This document shows positions 13,341-32,559 of a stretch of DNA of 64,000 nt, in pieces; position 1 is the stretch's first letter; each line of letters starts with the position of its first letter. The stretch comes from Macrostomum lignano. Lineage: Eukaryota. The position numbers were made by a program, and so were the translations under genes. A model generated the notes under the pieces. The model was not told the origin of the DNA and made no database searches. It worked only from the letters and a program-made list of their open reading frames with translations. The DNA lies in assembly GCA_002269645.1 (NCBI GenBank), contig NIVC01001378.1, positions 62,001 to 126,000 on the forward strand, given 5' to 3'.

Positions 13341-14261
13341 CCCTGATGACCAACATAAAATCGAGCGCCACGGAGCGCACTGTAAACTTACGGCATAATT
13401 TCCAACGCCATCGTACCGCTGTTGCGTTTTAACATTTGCATAGCGTCGCTATAGGTGAGGTCGGCGCCCCGACAGCCGTCGATGAACTCGATGGTGTCGC
13501 CTTTCTGCAGACCGGCCAGAGCTGCTGGACTGCCCGGAGTGACCTTGGAGTGTACCGGTAATTTGGCACTACTTATTATTCCGTTAGTGAAATGCCTGAT
13601 ATTGCTACTGCCAGTAGTAGCACGTGAACCATTTCTTTACTTCTATCTACGTTTTCACATATCACAGATTTTAATGCACATGAATTTCTCTGTACCGATG
13701 CAGTGTTTTAAATTTAGCCTAATTTTTGGCATGTTTTGGAACTTTTTGTTTGTAAATCTCATTCTTATGAGGCCGTAAACAGTGTTTGTAAAGCTGTAAT
13801 CAGGGGGGGCAAACGGCAACTTAAACCGAGGGACTCTGTGACATCCGCCAGCTTTTCGTTTTTCGAGGAGGCTCTTCCCCCTCCTTTTCGTTCTGGCCTG
13901 GCGTGGAAGCGGCTAGCTTCCTCGTCTTGGTCTGCTGGTGGGGGACGGATCCCCCCTGCTGCTTTTTTGCGGGGCAGGTGGCTGCTAAGTAGTTGGCTGC
14001 TGGCTAAGCGCCAACTACCCATCGACAGCCCTTAGTTGCAACTGGTACCACACGGGTTCTCGAGGGCCGCTCTTGTGGGGGAGGGCTCGGGCGTCGGCTG
14101 TCAACTCGACCTGGCGCCTGTGTCCCAAGCCCACAGCCGGCCTCCCGCCCCCTGATCTTGCAGAGTGTGGACCGGGGGCCTGCCGGAGCCTCGCCTGGGA
14201 GCAATCCTGGGATAAGACGGCAACCCAAAGCTTCTCTGCTGTTTACCGTGGCAGAGGGTAG

Positions 14262-19093
<4,832 letters not shown>

Positions 19094-19183
19094 TCCTTGT
19101 GCTCTTTTACCTTGGGGTTGCGATAGGGGCCTCGCGGCCTATTCGCGGCGCCTGCGCCCCCCGTCAGTAGTAAGTAAGTAAGT

Positions 19184-20040
19184 AAGCTGTAATCAGCGTT
19201 ATCGAAGCTGTAATCAGTCTTTGTGAAACTGTAGTCAGTGTTTGTAAAACTGTAATCAATGCTTGTAAAACTATAATCAGTGTTTGTAAAGCTGCAATCA
19301 GTGTTTGCAAAGCTGCAATCAGTGTTTGCAAAGCTGTAATCAGTGTTTGTAAAGCTGTAATCAGTGTTTGTAAAGCTGCAATCAGTGTTTCAAAGCTGTA
19401 ATCAGTGTTTGTAAAGCTGTAATCACTGCTTGTGAAGCTGTAATCAGTGTTTGTAAAGCTGTAATCAGTGTTTGTAAAGCTGTAATCAGTGTTTGTAAAG
19501 CTGCAATCAGTGTTTGTAAAGCTGTAATCAGTGTTTGTAAAGCTGTAATCACTGCTTGTGAAGCTGTAATCAGTGTTTGTAAAGCTGTAATCAGTGTTTG
19601 TAAAGCTGTAATCAGTGCTTGTAAAACTGTAATCAGTGTTTGTAAAGCTGCAATCAGTGTTATCGAAGCTGTAATCAGCGTTTGTAAAGGTGTAATCAGT
19701 GTTTGTAAAGCTGTAATCAGTGTTTGTAAAGCTGTAATCACTGCTTGTGAAGCTGTAATCAGTGTTTGTAAAGCTGTAATCAGTGTTTGTAAAGCTGCAA
19801 TCAGTGTTTGTAAAGCTGTAATCACTGCTTGTGAAGCTGTAATCAGTGTTTGTAAAGCTGTAATCAGTGTTTGTAAAGCTGCAATCAGTGTTTGCAAAGC
19901 TGTAATCAGTGTTTGTGAAACTGTAAACAGTGTTTGTAAAACTATAACCAGTGTTTGTAAAACTGTAATCAGTGTTCGTAAAGCCGCAATCAGTGTTTGT
20001 AAAACTGTAATCAGTGTTTGTAAAAATGTAACCAGTGTGT
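19184..20040. repeat. 21-bp minisatellite
   Basis: Unit GCTGTAATCAGTGTTTGTAAA; one or two residual units also lie at 13780-13803, left of the LINE. Confidence 0.95.
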
Positions 20041-20834
20041 TTTTGAGTGCTTTAAATGAGTTATTAACGTCTATAAAGTAATCGTTTTTTAAAAAGCGGT
20101 GAAATTGGCGGTAGAAACCACACCGAAGCGCAAAGTTCGCAGCTAGGGAGCAATTAGACACGAGTATTAGTGAGAGGCATAGAAAATGAAGGGCTTTGCT
20201 CTACTCTGTTACTTTTTGAAATGGCACCACTGCTTGAATCGACAGTTGAATAGTTTCCTATAGCTTGCTGTACAAATCGTACATTTGGACTTATAAAGCC
20301 TTCTATTTTTAGCTCAACGCCGCTACATCACGTGCAGCATACGCTGTGTCTTGCGAACTCCTGTGTCCCTTACCCCCTGAGACAGGCTACACAGAGAGGG
20401 GCAGAAAACACGTCACTAGTACATGTACGAACGTAGGTAGGTAGAAAGAAGTAGACAGTATTAAGCCTTATTACTCGTACGCTTTCCAACTGAACCGTTT
20501 CTTTCTTGTGCAGCAACGAGAATTGGTTGATATTTTTTAAACAAATCTTTTCTCTCGAGTTTTTAAATTCAACAGCCTACGCATGGTCAGTTGTACCGCA
20601 ACTGCGCCGTAACGACTTTTGCAGTTTGTACCCCCTGGCGATATTTAAACTATTTTTTAATATTCGTGTGCGTCAATCGCTGTGTGTTTTTCTTTTGGTT
20701 TGAGTTCGTCCACTTGTTTCAGATTGCGATAAGTCTTGGCGAGCGAGGGAAAGAGAGATAGATCAGCAAAGCAGCCTCTAGTGGTGCGTGGTACACGTAG
20801 ATAAGCCATAGGTATAGGATATATAAGCCGGAAA

Positions 20835-22463
20835 ATGGCCGATCAAGAGTTGCCAAACGAGCAGCAAAGTCCATTAGTAGCCAGCGTTTACACTGCCGCG
20901 AATCAGCCAGAAGGTGCAGAAACTGCTTCAACCGCAATGGGTCGAATGCCTGCTAACGAAGATGAGACTGGATTCGGTTACGTGAAATCCGCAGCCAGGT
21001 GCGAGAAGACGCCGAGAAAGAATTTAAGCTTGAGCTACGATTATTACGAATATTTTGTGTATTCTCAGGTGAGTTTTGACTTTGAGTTCTGAAGACCCTG
21101 TAGTATACAGAGAGCTGGATTCTGGTAAACTGCTGGAAGACACTGTAGTATACAGAGAGCTGGATTCTGGTAAACTGCTGGAAGACACTGTAGTATACAG
21201 AGAGCTGGATTCTGGTAAACTGCTGGAAGACACTGTAGTATACAGAGAGCTGGATTCTGGTAAACTGCTGGAAGACACTGTAGTATACAGAGAGCTGGAT
21301 TCTGGTAAACTGCTGGAAGACACTGTAGTATACAGAGAGCAGGATTCTGGTAAACTGCTGGAAGACACTGTAGTATACAGAGAGCAGGATTCTGGTAAAC
21401 TGCTGGAAGACCCTGTAGTTATATTTTATGGAAAACAACAAAGAGATATTTGAGTATTTTTGACAAATCCATGTGAGACCTTGAATCATGTATTGAACCG
21501 ATTTGCTCAAACCCAATTCTAAATGTTCAGTGCCTGCCATCATGGCTCATGCTCGTCCTGCGCTTCATCATGGGCGGCGTCTGCGTGTCCGTGTTCCTCT
21601 ACATCACATTCTCGCAGCCATTCGTCAACTTTGTGCCTGACAACTCTACGGATTCCAACAGCGGCGCCTCGGACGTAACATTTTTAGACAGCGGCAACGA
21701 TACAACGACAAAGCCGCCGACCGTGTTCAAACGCCATTTCTTTCTGTGCTATTTGACCATCTGGAGCTACCTAGTGATTACAATTTACTTTATAGTTGCC
21801 ATTGTGAACACTGTCACACTCTGGCTGTGCTCCGGTGGTCAGACATCGGCGAGTCTCGGTGCCACTTTATCTGTTCAGCGCTACAGCTTGTCAGCCAGCG
21901 GATTCAAGTCGACGGACAATCTGATGGGCAGTCGAGGCGATCCGGACTCAGCCTTGGCTGGCGACTCGAGTCCGCGTCAGGTCGGACTCCGGCTGCAGTG
22001 GCTCCTGTGCGGCATCGCCGCCAATGCTGCCCTGCTTGTCACCGGAGCATACTTTGGCGTGCTCTACCCAATGATCCAGAAGGCTAATCCCGGACCTATC
22101 AATCCTATCGACGTTCTAGTGCACGCATTTAATTCAGTTTTCATGTTCACCGAAGTTCTGTTCTCCGGAGTGCCAGTCAGACTGGTGCACGTGATCTACA
22201 CGGCATTGTACGGCCTGGTCTACAGTGCGTTCAGCCTGCTGTACTGGCTGCCGGATCACAGCAATGTCATCTACCCGGTACTGCTGGATTGGAACCACGT
22301 TGGTTTAACCATCGGCATGATGTGTCTGCTTCTGTTCGTTGGCCTGCCAGTCATCCAGCTGCTTTGGTGGCTGATCTACCTGGCGCGATGCTACGTTGCC
22401 GGCTCGTTGCTAAACGGTCGCCATTCCTCTTCGTCTTGGAGTCCAGACGGTCTAAGGGTTTAA
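20835..22463 (+). CDS. Rolling stone-like multi-pass membrane protein (~388 aa, 2 exons)
   Basis: Exons 20835-21068 (..YFVYSQ|gtgag) and 21531-22463 (ttcag|CLPSWLMLVLRF..), phase 0. Several hydrophobic helices, with YLTIWSY, HAFNSVFM and IYPVLLDW motifs typical of the rolling stone family. Confidence 0.8.
21095..21420. repeat. 45-bp intronic minisatellite
   Basis: Unit CTGTAGTATACAGAGAGCTGGATTCTGGTAAACTGCTGGAAGACA, about 7 copies. Confidence 0.95.
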
Positions 22464-24059
22464 TTTAGTTTCAACAAGCCTTTCATGCCTAGATGATTCT
22501 CTATATGCGTTCTATCAATGACGTCAATTTTTTGTTTTTGTCGATACAGATTGGTCGGGAAAGTTTTATGTAAAATTTTGCCAAAACTGTTGAAACTCCC
22601 TAAACCTCCTTGGTTCTTGATGAGTAGTAGGAGTTGGCAAACTTCGGGCCGCGAAGCCTCTCAATCCGGCCCTGGAGTCCTTCGACACTTCACAATAGCA
22701 ATCCGGTCCGCTTAAGTTCGTCTCTTCTCAGCTCTCTTCTCTCTTCTCTCATCTCTTTCTCTCATTATCTGGGCCCCATGTAAAAGTCTGCCGACCCCTG
22801 CCCTAAGCAATAATTTAAGAGACTAAGCTCACCGTAAACACCTTATAGTTTTTTCTAACATTTTCGAGCCCTCGTGCAAGCCTTCATAATACTGTTCCAT
22901 TTTATTCAATAGTTTTTTAGCATCGAAATTCAGTGGTTATACGGTAAATTAAAAGGCTATATTTTAATACCTTTTGATACCTGTTTCTGTCAAACTGAAT
23001 TTGGGGTCTTTTTGTGAATGCAAAAGTACACCCTGAGTATATATTTTTAATTAGCGCCAAGTTACAATGGAAAATATGTTACCTCATTTTCCTTTCGAAC
23101 CAGATTTGTGCAACAATTTGTTTTGTTAAATCTGCGAATAAAATTACAAGTACTACTGATTTCAGTAATGTAAAAATCTAGATTTCGGTTGCTCACTTTG
23201 AAAAAATGCTTTTATCCTGAAAAAAAATTGGTTACTTTTTAACGATACAGAATTATGCTCGCTGGCTTGATCTTGTTTACTACATGTACTTCAGAACTTT
23301 GCTTGACCACGGAACGCTCTAAGAAAAAAGACTACGATGGCCCCAGGGTGACAACAAGCCCTCCTGCAACTACATGTATTAAATAGTTAATTACTGAACG
23401 TTGTTTTTTAGCAAACCTGTTTGTACCTGTCTGCACCGTTTCAACGAACGAGTTGCGCTACGAGACTAATAATACGCATCGAAAGTGCAGCCCTGATGAT
23501 AACATAGGAACATACAGACGAATTCCTACCGCTTTCCACGGTTACCAACCACCCCAAATGCAGCCGTATATAATGCACGAATATTTTGTTTATTGCCAGG
23601 GAGAAAACTTCGGTTTCCCGAAAGAGGATTTTGATTGCCGATTCGGAATCGTGGATTAACGGTCAAGAAAATGTCTTACAATGCGCCCCTACACATGCAG
23701 AGGGGCGCATCTCCTGAATTCATCCCATCCTTACTAAGCCCTCGATGTGCTGCTGCATTTGCACACGAGCCAGACTAGTCTAGACCTTCAGGCAGGGGGC
23801 CACGCAGTCTGCGCATCGGCAAATTGGTGACATTTTACTGCGCTGGAAAGCAAGGAGACATGGCGACCGCGGTTACTGTTAGCTGTTAATGCCAATAGAA
23901 AACTTACAGTAAAGTACAAACGTGACGAATCGAAGCTCTGTAGAAATAATAGGCGAAAATCTATCTATATGTATTAAAAAATCATGCTTCGTAGCTTTTT
24001 GCCTCTGGCGTAATGCGTGTATCCATCCTAAAATATGAATTGAGCCTTCTTAAAGGGTA

Positions 24060-24630
24060 TCAGGATCACTAAGACGGTGTCAGTATCCCTAAGAAGATGT
24101 CAGAATCTCCAAAAGGGTTTCAGAGTCTCTAAGAGGATGTCAGAGTCTACAAAAGGGTTTCAGAGTCTCTAAGAGGATGTCAGAGTCTCCAAAAAGGGTG
24201 CCAGGGTCCCTAAGAGGATGTCAGAGTCTCCAAAAGGGTTTCAGGGTCCCTAAGAGGATGTCAGAGTCTACAAAAGGGTTTCAGAGTCTCTAAGAGGATG
24301 TCAGAGTCTACAAAAGGGTTTCAGAGTCTCTAAGAGGATGTCAGAGTCTCCAAAAGGGTTTCAGGGTCCCTAAGAGGATGTCAGAGTCTCCAAAAAGGGT
24401 GCCAGGGTCTCTAAGAGGATTCAGAGTCTACAAAAAAGGGTGTCAGTGTCTCTAAGAGGATGTCAGAGTCTCCAAAAGGGTTTCAGGGTCCCTAAGAGGA
24501 TGTCAGAGTCTCCAAAAAGTGCCAGGGTCTGTAAAAGGATATCAGAGTCTACAAAAGATTGTCAGGGTCTCTAAGAGGATGTCAGAGTCCCGAAAAAGTT
24601 GTCACAGTCTCTAAGATGGTTTCAGAGTGT
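24060..24630. repeat. 40-bp minisatellite (two ~20-bp halves)
   Basis: Unit AAGAGGATGTCAGAGTCTCCAAAAGGGTTTCAGGGTCCCT and variants. Confidence 0.93.
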
Positions 24631-25019
24631 GCTCTATAAAGTTTTCGGTCGTCAGCTGTGCAAGTCAATTTCCCGAATCTTCCTAGATCGCTTGAAGTTC
24701 GATTCGTGCAAAAAATAAAATGTTTTTTACAACACACTTGCAATCTTGTTTTATTATGACCGATCCACCACCCCGAAATACTATACTATTTGGCTTACAA
24801 TTCTTTAATGTATGATGCTTTGCGTGTAAACTATCCAGATCGAAATATCTCCAATACTTAGCTAATTTGATTTTATTGCCGTGCAATCAAATTTGTTTTG
24901 ACTATAAGTTTAAGTATTTCATATATAGTTTATGCCCTTTTGAAGGGAAAGGGGAATAGAAAGTCAGACAGACAGACAGAATATTAAAAGGAGAATATAA
25001 GATTATTTCAACTGGTTAC

Positions 25020-25440
25020 GCACTGTTTATAGCCACAACCGAATACACACTGTTTATGGTGATGAATGATTACACTCTGTTTATGGTAAATTGATGATTA
25101 GACATTGTCTATGGCCACAAATGATTACACACTGTCTATGGCCTCAACTGATTGTAAATACACTGTCTATGGTCTCTACTGATTACGCACTGTCTATGGT
25201 CTCAACTGATTACACACTGTCTATGGCCTCAACTGATTGTAAATACACTGTCTATGGTCTCTACTGATTACGCACTGTCTATGGTCTCAACTGATTACAC
25301 ACTGTCTATGGCCTCAACTGATTGTAAATACACTGTCTATGGTCTCTACTGATTACGCACTGGCTATGGTCTCTACTGATTACACACTGTCTATGGTAAA
25401 TAGATGATTACACACGGTTTATGGCCTCAACTGATTACAC
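25020..25440. repeat. 27-bp minisatellite with 85-bp higher-order unit
   Basis: CACTGTCTATGGTCTCTACTGATTACG variants arranged 27+27+31. Confidence 0.88.
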
Positions 25441-26047
25441 ATAATGATCAAAACTGGTTGAAATGCGTACTTTTAAAGGCTTCTCCGTGTTAGATAAAGT
25501 TCACAGTAAACTAATCTAATAAATTTACACTGAACGGAATGCACACTTAAATAAGTTTTCTGCATTTCTAACCCAACAAAATTGTATTCCGCAAGGTACA
25601 TCCATATTTTCTTATAATTACAAGCAGTGCAGACCTACTGCAGCTTCACACCGGGTGTGTTTGACAGCTGCTGATGCGAACTAACAGATAAAAAGAGCCG
25701 ACATTGTAGGCAAGGCCCCCTCCTAAGGTGGCTTCAGAGTGGCTCTGGGCGCAATGTAGGAATTGGTTCGGCCGCGCAAAAGAGGTCAGAAAATGATCGA
25801 ACATCTCGAGGCGGCTTTATGTTCAGCCTTTCATATCCTGTTTCTCACGTTGCTTTGCTATTGTGCAGTAATACAGGTATAGTATAGTTGGCTGAAGGAA
25901 AATAAGGAAAATAGGCGCAATTCATGCTTCTGAGGGTGTAAGGTAAAGTTCTTCTACCAATTTTTATTGCCCAACTGTGAGTTTTTTGGCAAAGAAGATG
26001 CTGTTTGAAGCAGTTTTTCTGGAATTATCCGTACAGGTGTATAATTT

Positions 26048-26930
26048 GCAGGTGAGGATTCTTATCTGATAACTAGCAGGTGAGGGTTCTTATCTGATAA
26101 CTAGCAGGTGAGGATTCTTATCTGATAACTAGCAGGTGAGGATTCTTATCTGATAACTAGGAAGGTGAGGGTTCTTATCTGATAACTAAGAAGGTGAGGG
26201 TTCTTATCTGATAACTAAGAAGGTGAGGGTTCTTATCTGATAACTAGCAGGTGAGGATTCTTATCTGATAACTAGGAAGGTGAGGGTTCTTATCTGATAA
26301 CTAGCAGGTGAGGGTTCTTATCTGATAACTAGCAGGTGAGGATTCTTATCTGATAACTAGGAAGGTGAGGGTTCTTATCTGATAACTAGCAGGTGAGGAT
26401 TCTTATCTGATAACTAGGAAGGTGAGGGTTCTTATCTGATAACTAGCAGGTGAGGGTTCTTATCTGATAACTAGCAGGTGAGGATTCTTATCTGATAACT
26501 AGGAAGGTGAGGGTTCTTATCTGATAACTAGCAGGTGAGGATTCTTATCTGATAACTAGGAAGGTGAGGGTTCTTATCTGATAACTAGCAGGTGAGGATT
26601 CTTATCTGATAACTAAGAAGGTGAGGGTTCTTATCTGATAACTAGCAGGTGAGGATTCTTATCTGATAACTAGCAGGTGAGGATTCTTATCTGATAACTA
26701 GCAGGTGAGGATTCTTATCTGATAACTAGGAAGGTGAGGATTCTTATCTGATAACTAGGAAGGTGAGGGTTCTTATCTGATAACTATAGCAGGTGAGGAT
26801 TCTTATCTGATAACTAGCAGGTGAGGGTTCTTATCTGATAACTAGCAGGTGAGGATTCTTATCTGATAACTAGCAGGTGAGGATTCTTATCTGATAACTA
26901 GGAGGTGAGAATTCTTATCTGATAACTGGC
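26048..26930. repeat. 28/29-bp minisatellite
   Basis: Unit GCAGGTGAGGATTCTTATCTGATAACTA. Confidence 0.95.
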
Positions 26931-27367
26931 ACTAATAAAATAAATTGATTATTTATAAATTATTCTTATCGCTACAATAACCATGTTTTGGGCGGCAGTA
27001 ACAGGCAACAAGCGCACTTGCATTGCCCATTATGTTTGCCTTCGAAACTTCTTCAAAAGTCCTGCAAAATTTCAATAACATCCAAGAGAATCTGGATTGT
27101 ATCGCACCGATATAAAACTGAATGGTTGCAAGAGCTTTTGAACAATCAGTTAATCTATAAAATATCAATAGCCTGAGAAACATGTTTTTTATTTTGCGTG
27201 CCTGTTTTTTGTCTAACACTTAGCGTTGCATAACCGTGCACTGAATAACTTTTTTTTAACGTTGTGCTTTCTCCTTGCTACATTCTTACTAAGTTGTTTT
27301 TTGCGCTCTGGTTGATTTAACCGTCCTCTGAATGTTAAGCATAAAATTTCAGTTCGGTGCACCCTCT

Positions 27368-28770
27368 CCAAGACAATGAGTCTGGCGCCTCTCCCACTCC
27401 AAGACAATGAGTCTGGCGCCTCTCCCACTCCAAGACAATGAGTCTGGCGCCTCTCCCACTCCAAGACAATGAGTCTGGCGCCTCTCCCACTCCAAGACAA
27501 TGAGTCTGGCGCCTCTCCCACTCCAAGACAATGAGTCTGGCGCCTCTCCCACTCCAAGACGATGAGTCTGGCGCCTCTCCCACTCCAAGATAATGAGTCT
27601 GGCGCTTCCCCCACTCCAAGACAATGAGTCTGGCGCCTCTCCCACTCCAAGACAATGAGTCTGGCGCCTCTCCCACTCCAAGATAATGAGTCTGGCGCCT
27701 CTCCCACTCCAAGACAATGAGTCTGGCGCCTCTCCCACTCCAAGACGATGAGTCTGGCGCCTCTCCCACTCCAAGATAATGAGTCTGGCGCTTCCCCCAC
27801 TCCAAGACAATGAGTCTGGCGCCTCTCCCACTCCAAGACAATGAGTCTGGCGCCTCTCCCACTCCAAGACGATGAGTCTGGCGCCTCTCCCACTCCAAGA
27901 TAATGAGTCTGGCGCTTCCCCCACTCCAAGACAATGAGTCTGGCGCCTCTCCCACTCCAAGACAATGAGTCTGGCGCCTCTCCCACTCCAAGACAATGAG
28001 TCTGGCGCCTCTCCCACTCCAAGACAATGAGTCTGGTGCCTCTCCCACTCCAAGACAATGAGTCTGGCGCCTCTCCCACTCCAAGACAATGAGTCTGGCG
28101 CCTCTCCCACTCCAAGACAATGAGTCTGGCGCCTCTCCCACTCCAAGACAATGAGTCTGGCGCCTCTCCCACTCCAAGACGATGAGTCTGGCGCCTCTCC
28201 CACTCCAAGATAATGAGTCTGGCGCTTCCCCCACTCCAAGACAATGAGTCTGGCGCCTCTCCCACTCCAAGACAATGAGTCTGGCGCCTCTCCCACTCCA
28301 AGACAATGAGTCTGGCGCCTCTCCCACTCCAAGACAATGAGTCTGGCGCCTCTCCCACTCCAAGACAATGAGTCTGGCGCCTCTCCCACTCCAAGACAAT
28401 GAGTCTGGTGCCTCTCCCACTCCAAGACAATGAGTCTGGCGCCTCTCCCACTCCAAGACAATGAGTCTGGCGCCTCTCCCACTCCAAGACAATGAGTCTG
28501 GCGCCTCTCCCACTCCAAGACAATGAGTCTGGCGCCTCTCCCACTCCAAGACGATGAGTCTGGCGCCTCTCCCACTCCAAGATAATGAGTCTGGCGCTTC
28601 CCCCACTCCAAGACAATGAGTCTGGCGCCTCTCCCACTCCAAGATAATGAGTCTGGCGTTTCCCCCACTCCAAGACAATGAGTCTGGCGCCACCAAAGCA
28701 ATAGGTCTGGCGCCACCAAAGCAACAGGTCTGGCGCCACCAAAGCAATAGGTCTGGCGCCACTAAAGCAA
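27368..28770. repeat. 31-bp minisatellite
   Basis: Unit CCAAGACAATGAGTCTGGCGCCTCTCCCACT, highly homogeneous. It explains three overlapping long ORFs. Confidence 0.97.
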
Positions 28771-29555
28771 TAACAAATCGCATTATCAGCGCTAAATTCA
28801 AACCAATCCCTAACTAGAAAAGATTCGCTCACCCTGGTGACGAACAGCCTACTGGCCTCCTGCAGTCCCCCAGCCAGACGGAAGCCCCAGGCCACATCGC
28901 TAGACAGCCGCTGCAAACAGAGACTTGTCCTGGAGACACAGTTTCTCGAGGCCATAAATGCAAGTTCAGTTAGGTCGCTAGTTTGACAATAATTCTCAAC
29001 TTTGTTGGCGCGCCACTTTCGCTTAGTGCGTTGGTCTTATTTATCCGCTGCGAACTGCGAACTGCATCGAACCGCAAAGGAAAGTAAAGAGGACGTGTTG
29101 CCGCGAATGGAGTGAGGCCGAGGGAAAACCATGAAGGTTGGCTTAGCGGGGGGGGGTTCCGAAGCGAATATGGCGCTCTACCCTCTCCCCTCTGACCCCT
29201 CTACCCCTCCGTCGCCCCTGTCTGCGCCACCCATCAGCCCCAGCTTCCCAATGCAAGCCACTCTGCATCTGCAATCTACTATACTTTGCTTTCCAATTTA
29301 TAGAAAAGTTTTCCATCGCCGAAAAAGCATTTTCCTTCTTCTTAGTAGATCCATCCTCCTCTATTTACTCCCCCATTTTCGGCCACTGTCTCTCGCTATG
29401 TCTGCTTTGCTTCCATCTCTGCTGCTGCTGAACTACCGGCACACAGTCTATTAAAGTGACCCAGCCAATTGTGAGCTGAATGCCAGCGGTTCCTGCTTTT
29501 AGTGCACCATTCGCAAAAATGCTTCCCACATGCCAAGCTAGGTAGTTAGGTACTG

Positions 29556-29836
<281 letters not shown>

Positions 29837-31735
29837 ATATTTCTACTTTATGAGTCCTGAATGCGTCATTGTGTCATTTAATGACTGCGCTTTGAATGAC
29901 CTCTTGTGACAAGTTGTTCTAAAATTAGACTGTATCTGATAGTTGTGAGCTTTACATACGAGCCGTATCTTCAAGTTGTGTTGCTTTTTAAATAGAAATC
30001 TCATATCATCATCTGCGCAATTGCACATGTTGCACTTATTCTCCAATGGATTCTCCAATGAATCTTGTGTTTTACCGGGAGTGGGTGGGGATTAGCTGTC
30101 CCCGATTGACCCCCCTGGGTCAGCCACTGAGTAAAGTGCTCTCTCCCTCCAAATTTACCTAACTGAAGTTTCAAAAATGCCTTTCAGGTAAAAAAGTTTT
30201 CTATCTTAAACGCCGCACATTGCAGAGTAAAATTTATGGCCACAATATTTTGACACTTTGTCCAACAAAACTGTTCTTATTGCTACACTTTTGCTATAAG
30301 ACACAAACACGTGTGAAACTCTGACCTACATGTATATACCCTCGCCCTACGCTCGATGTCGAAGGTAAGGGTTTAGGGTCGCAGCAGTCGGTATTGCTGC
30401 CACATCTGGCCACAAACAGCGGTGTAGGAGGTCACAGCGAAACTCCGTCATCGCTCTACCTTGCCGGGCCAGAATCCAGCTGCCTGCCAACCCGCGCTTT
30501 GCCATAGCAACAGATGCATAGATAGAGCCAGCGAGGGAGACAGATAGACTTGAACCCTGTGCAGAAAGTCGGCGCGTCCCCAATGCATCCCCAATGCGAA
30601 CAAATTGCAGACAGCTGCTGCAATGCATTGTGCACGCGAGCTTCCCGGATGAATAACCATCTTATTGTACGTTGATAATCGCGTTAATTCGTTCTACAGG
30701 ATTATTGCACTAATACAAAATTACGTCCATACCCCATTTTTCAATTGCAAAACACGTAATAAGGTACCCGTCAGAAATTTTATTACGCACATACTATATT
30801 TTTCTATTAAAAATCAAGTAGTAAGGAACCGAACCAAATGGTAGAGTATTCTACAGGAATTTCAACTACACTGCACGGTACCCACAAATAATTCAAAAGA
30901 AGAAAAGAGCCCAAGTCCGATCAACTGACCAACTTGTCCAAAAACGCATTTTCAGTATATTTCTAAACCAAGCGAATCAAAATAATTCCCCCACTCTTCG
31001 TCCACGCCCCCCCCCCCTTAAATTTGAGGATCTCGGCGACGCACCCGCGGCGGAGCGCGCATGTATACCATCTTAAAACTATTCGCAGTCTCGTCCACCC
31101 GGAATCTGGCCACACACTCAATGGACTCGGAGCCATCGGACTCCAAGTGACGGCAGTAGCCAGCACCGTCCAAAGAAGTGCAGCGGCGGTCGGATGGTAG
31201 TCCCCACGCCGTCGCTCGTACCCCCGTCCCGTGTCGTCCGAGTAGATTAATTCCCTCCGCCCGGCACACCGTCCTGATTTCATCAATCCGGGCGTTCGTC
31301 ATCAGCCGCCGCGGCGTATAAGCAGTCGCCACGCACACGCCCTGGCCACGGTGTCAAGCACCTGCGTCAGTGGAAGCCCGGCCTGCTGTCCTTCCAGGCG
31401 CATGCGCTGGATCTGCGCGCGAAGCGCAACAACCGAGGGGTTCTGGCACCACTCATACCGTACTTACCGCGCCAACGTTTTGAAAATTGCCCGGCGGGAG
31501 GAGCAGGGTGCAGCTCCACTCGGGGTCGGCTCATGACGCTCGTTTGATTCGGCCATTGCAAAGATGTAGGTCCAATCTCACCGTAAAAATGTAGGTCTAA
31601 TCTCACCATCTGTGGGCAACTCTGACTCTGAGCCGACCATCCGCTCGATTATATGTCAGTGTGGACTCAATGTGGACCCGGGGCGGGGGCGCGGCTCGAG
31701 GATGAAGGGGGAAAGTCCAGCTGCGCCCCTCCCCG

Positions 31736-31975
31736 CCCTCATGCGCCCAAGAAACCGAAGCCTGCAGCAACGACCAGCTGGCCCTCCGCGCCCCTCCCCA
31801 CCCTCATGCGCCCAAGAAACCGAAGCCTGCAGCAACGACCAGCTGGCCCTCCGCGCCCCTCCCCACCCTCATGCGCCCAAGAAACCGAAGCCTGCAGCAA
31901 CGACCAGCTGGCCCTCCGCGCCCCTCCCCACCCTCATGCGCCCAAGAAACCGAAGCCTGCGGCAACGACCGGCTG
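31736..31975. repeat. 65-bp GC-rich tandem repeat
   Basis: Unit CCCTCATGCGCCCAAGAAACCGAAGCC...CCCCTCCCCA, about 3.5 copies. Confidence 0.92.
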
Positions 31976-32559
31976 GCCCGGCTGAAGGCCCTTTCCAGCC
32001 AGTTGGGCGACCGGCTGGACTTTCACTTAGCGAGATAGTAATACAATAGAGCACCTGACCCCACGTGGGCGGCCTGTGGACTCTCAACTTAGCGAGACAG
32101 TATTACAATAGAGCAGAGCTCGCGTGCGTGGGCCGGAAAGCACCATTATTTTCTCCAAACTGCCCAAGTTATTTAACCAGCCTGCCGAACGGATTTGTTT
32201 GTCGACCATAGAATTCTAGATAACTAACTGGAAGCGAAGGCTTTTTTGGGGGGCGGACACAACCGGGCCGAGTGGGAGCCTGCATGTTTTCTGGCTGCCT
32301 TATTCAACACTAATGTTTTCACTAATAATTGGCTGCTGTTATTAAGAGTAATATTTAATTCTTTAAGTTTATTTTTTTAATTAACAAGTCAGTGCTTATT
32401 AAGAGTCACTAAAGGTATTTGTGACATATCTTAACAAAACTAATATTTTTGCAAAGCCGCAAAGTAAACACATAGGATCAGTAAAAAATCATAGTATGAA
32501 CATAAATTAGCTGCTTAATCTAATCTATGAAGAAGATGCATCGCGGTACCATCGCCACT

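Noticed and set aside
19382-20161. 259-aa ORF of LQTLITA heptads resembling a coiled coil
   Set aside because: It is the translation of the 21-bp minisatellite; the frame breaks at an indel near 19390 and there is no non-repeat domain.
22628-22800. hAT-like MITE (..GGCAAACTT / AAGTCTGCCGACCCCTG)
   Set aside because: The left TIR is degenerate and there is no TSD, so boundaries cannot be supported.
24962-25003. Possible minus-strand Helitron 5' end (A|TCTTATATT...CTGTCTGTCTG)
   Set aside because: No convincing hairpin-CTAG 3' end was found on the left side.
27213-28955. Three overlapping 456-580 aa ORFs, and a CRISPR-like regular look
   Set aside because: All derive from a 31-bp tandem unit lacking minus-strand stops. 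There are no unique spacers or cas genes, and the context is eukaryotic.
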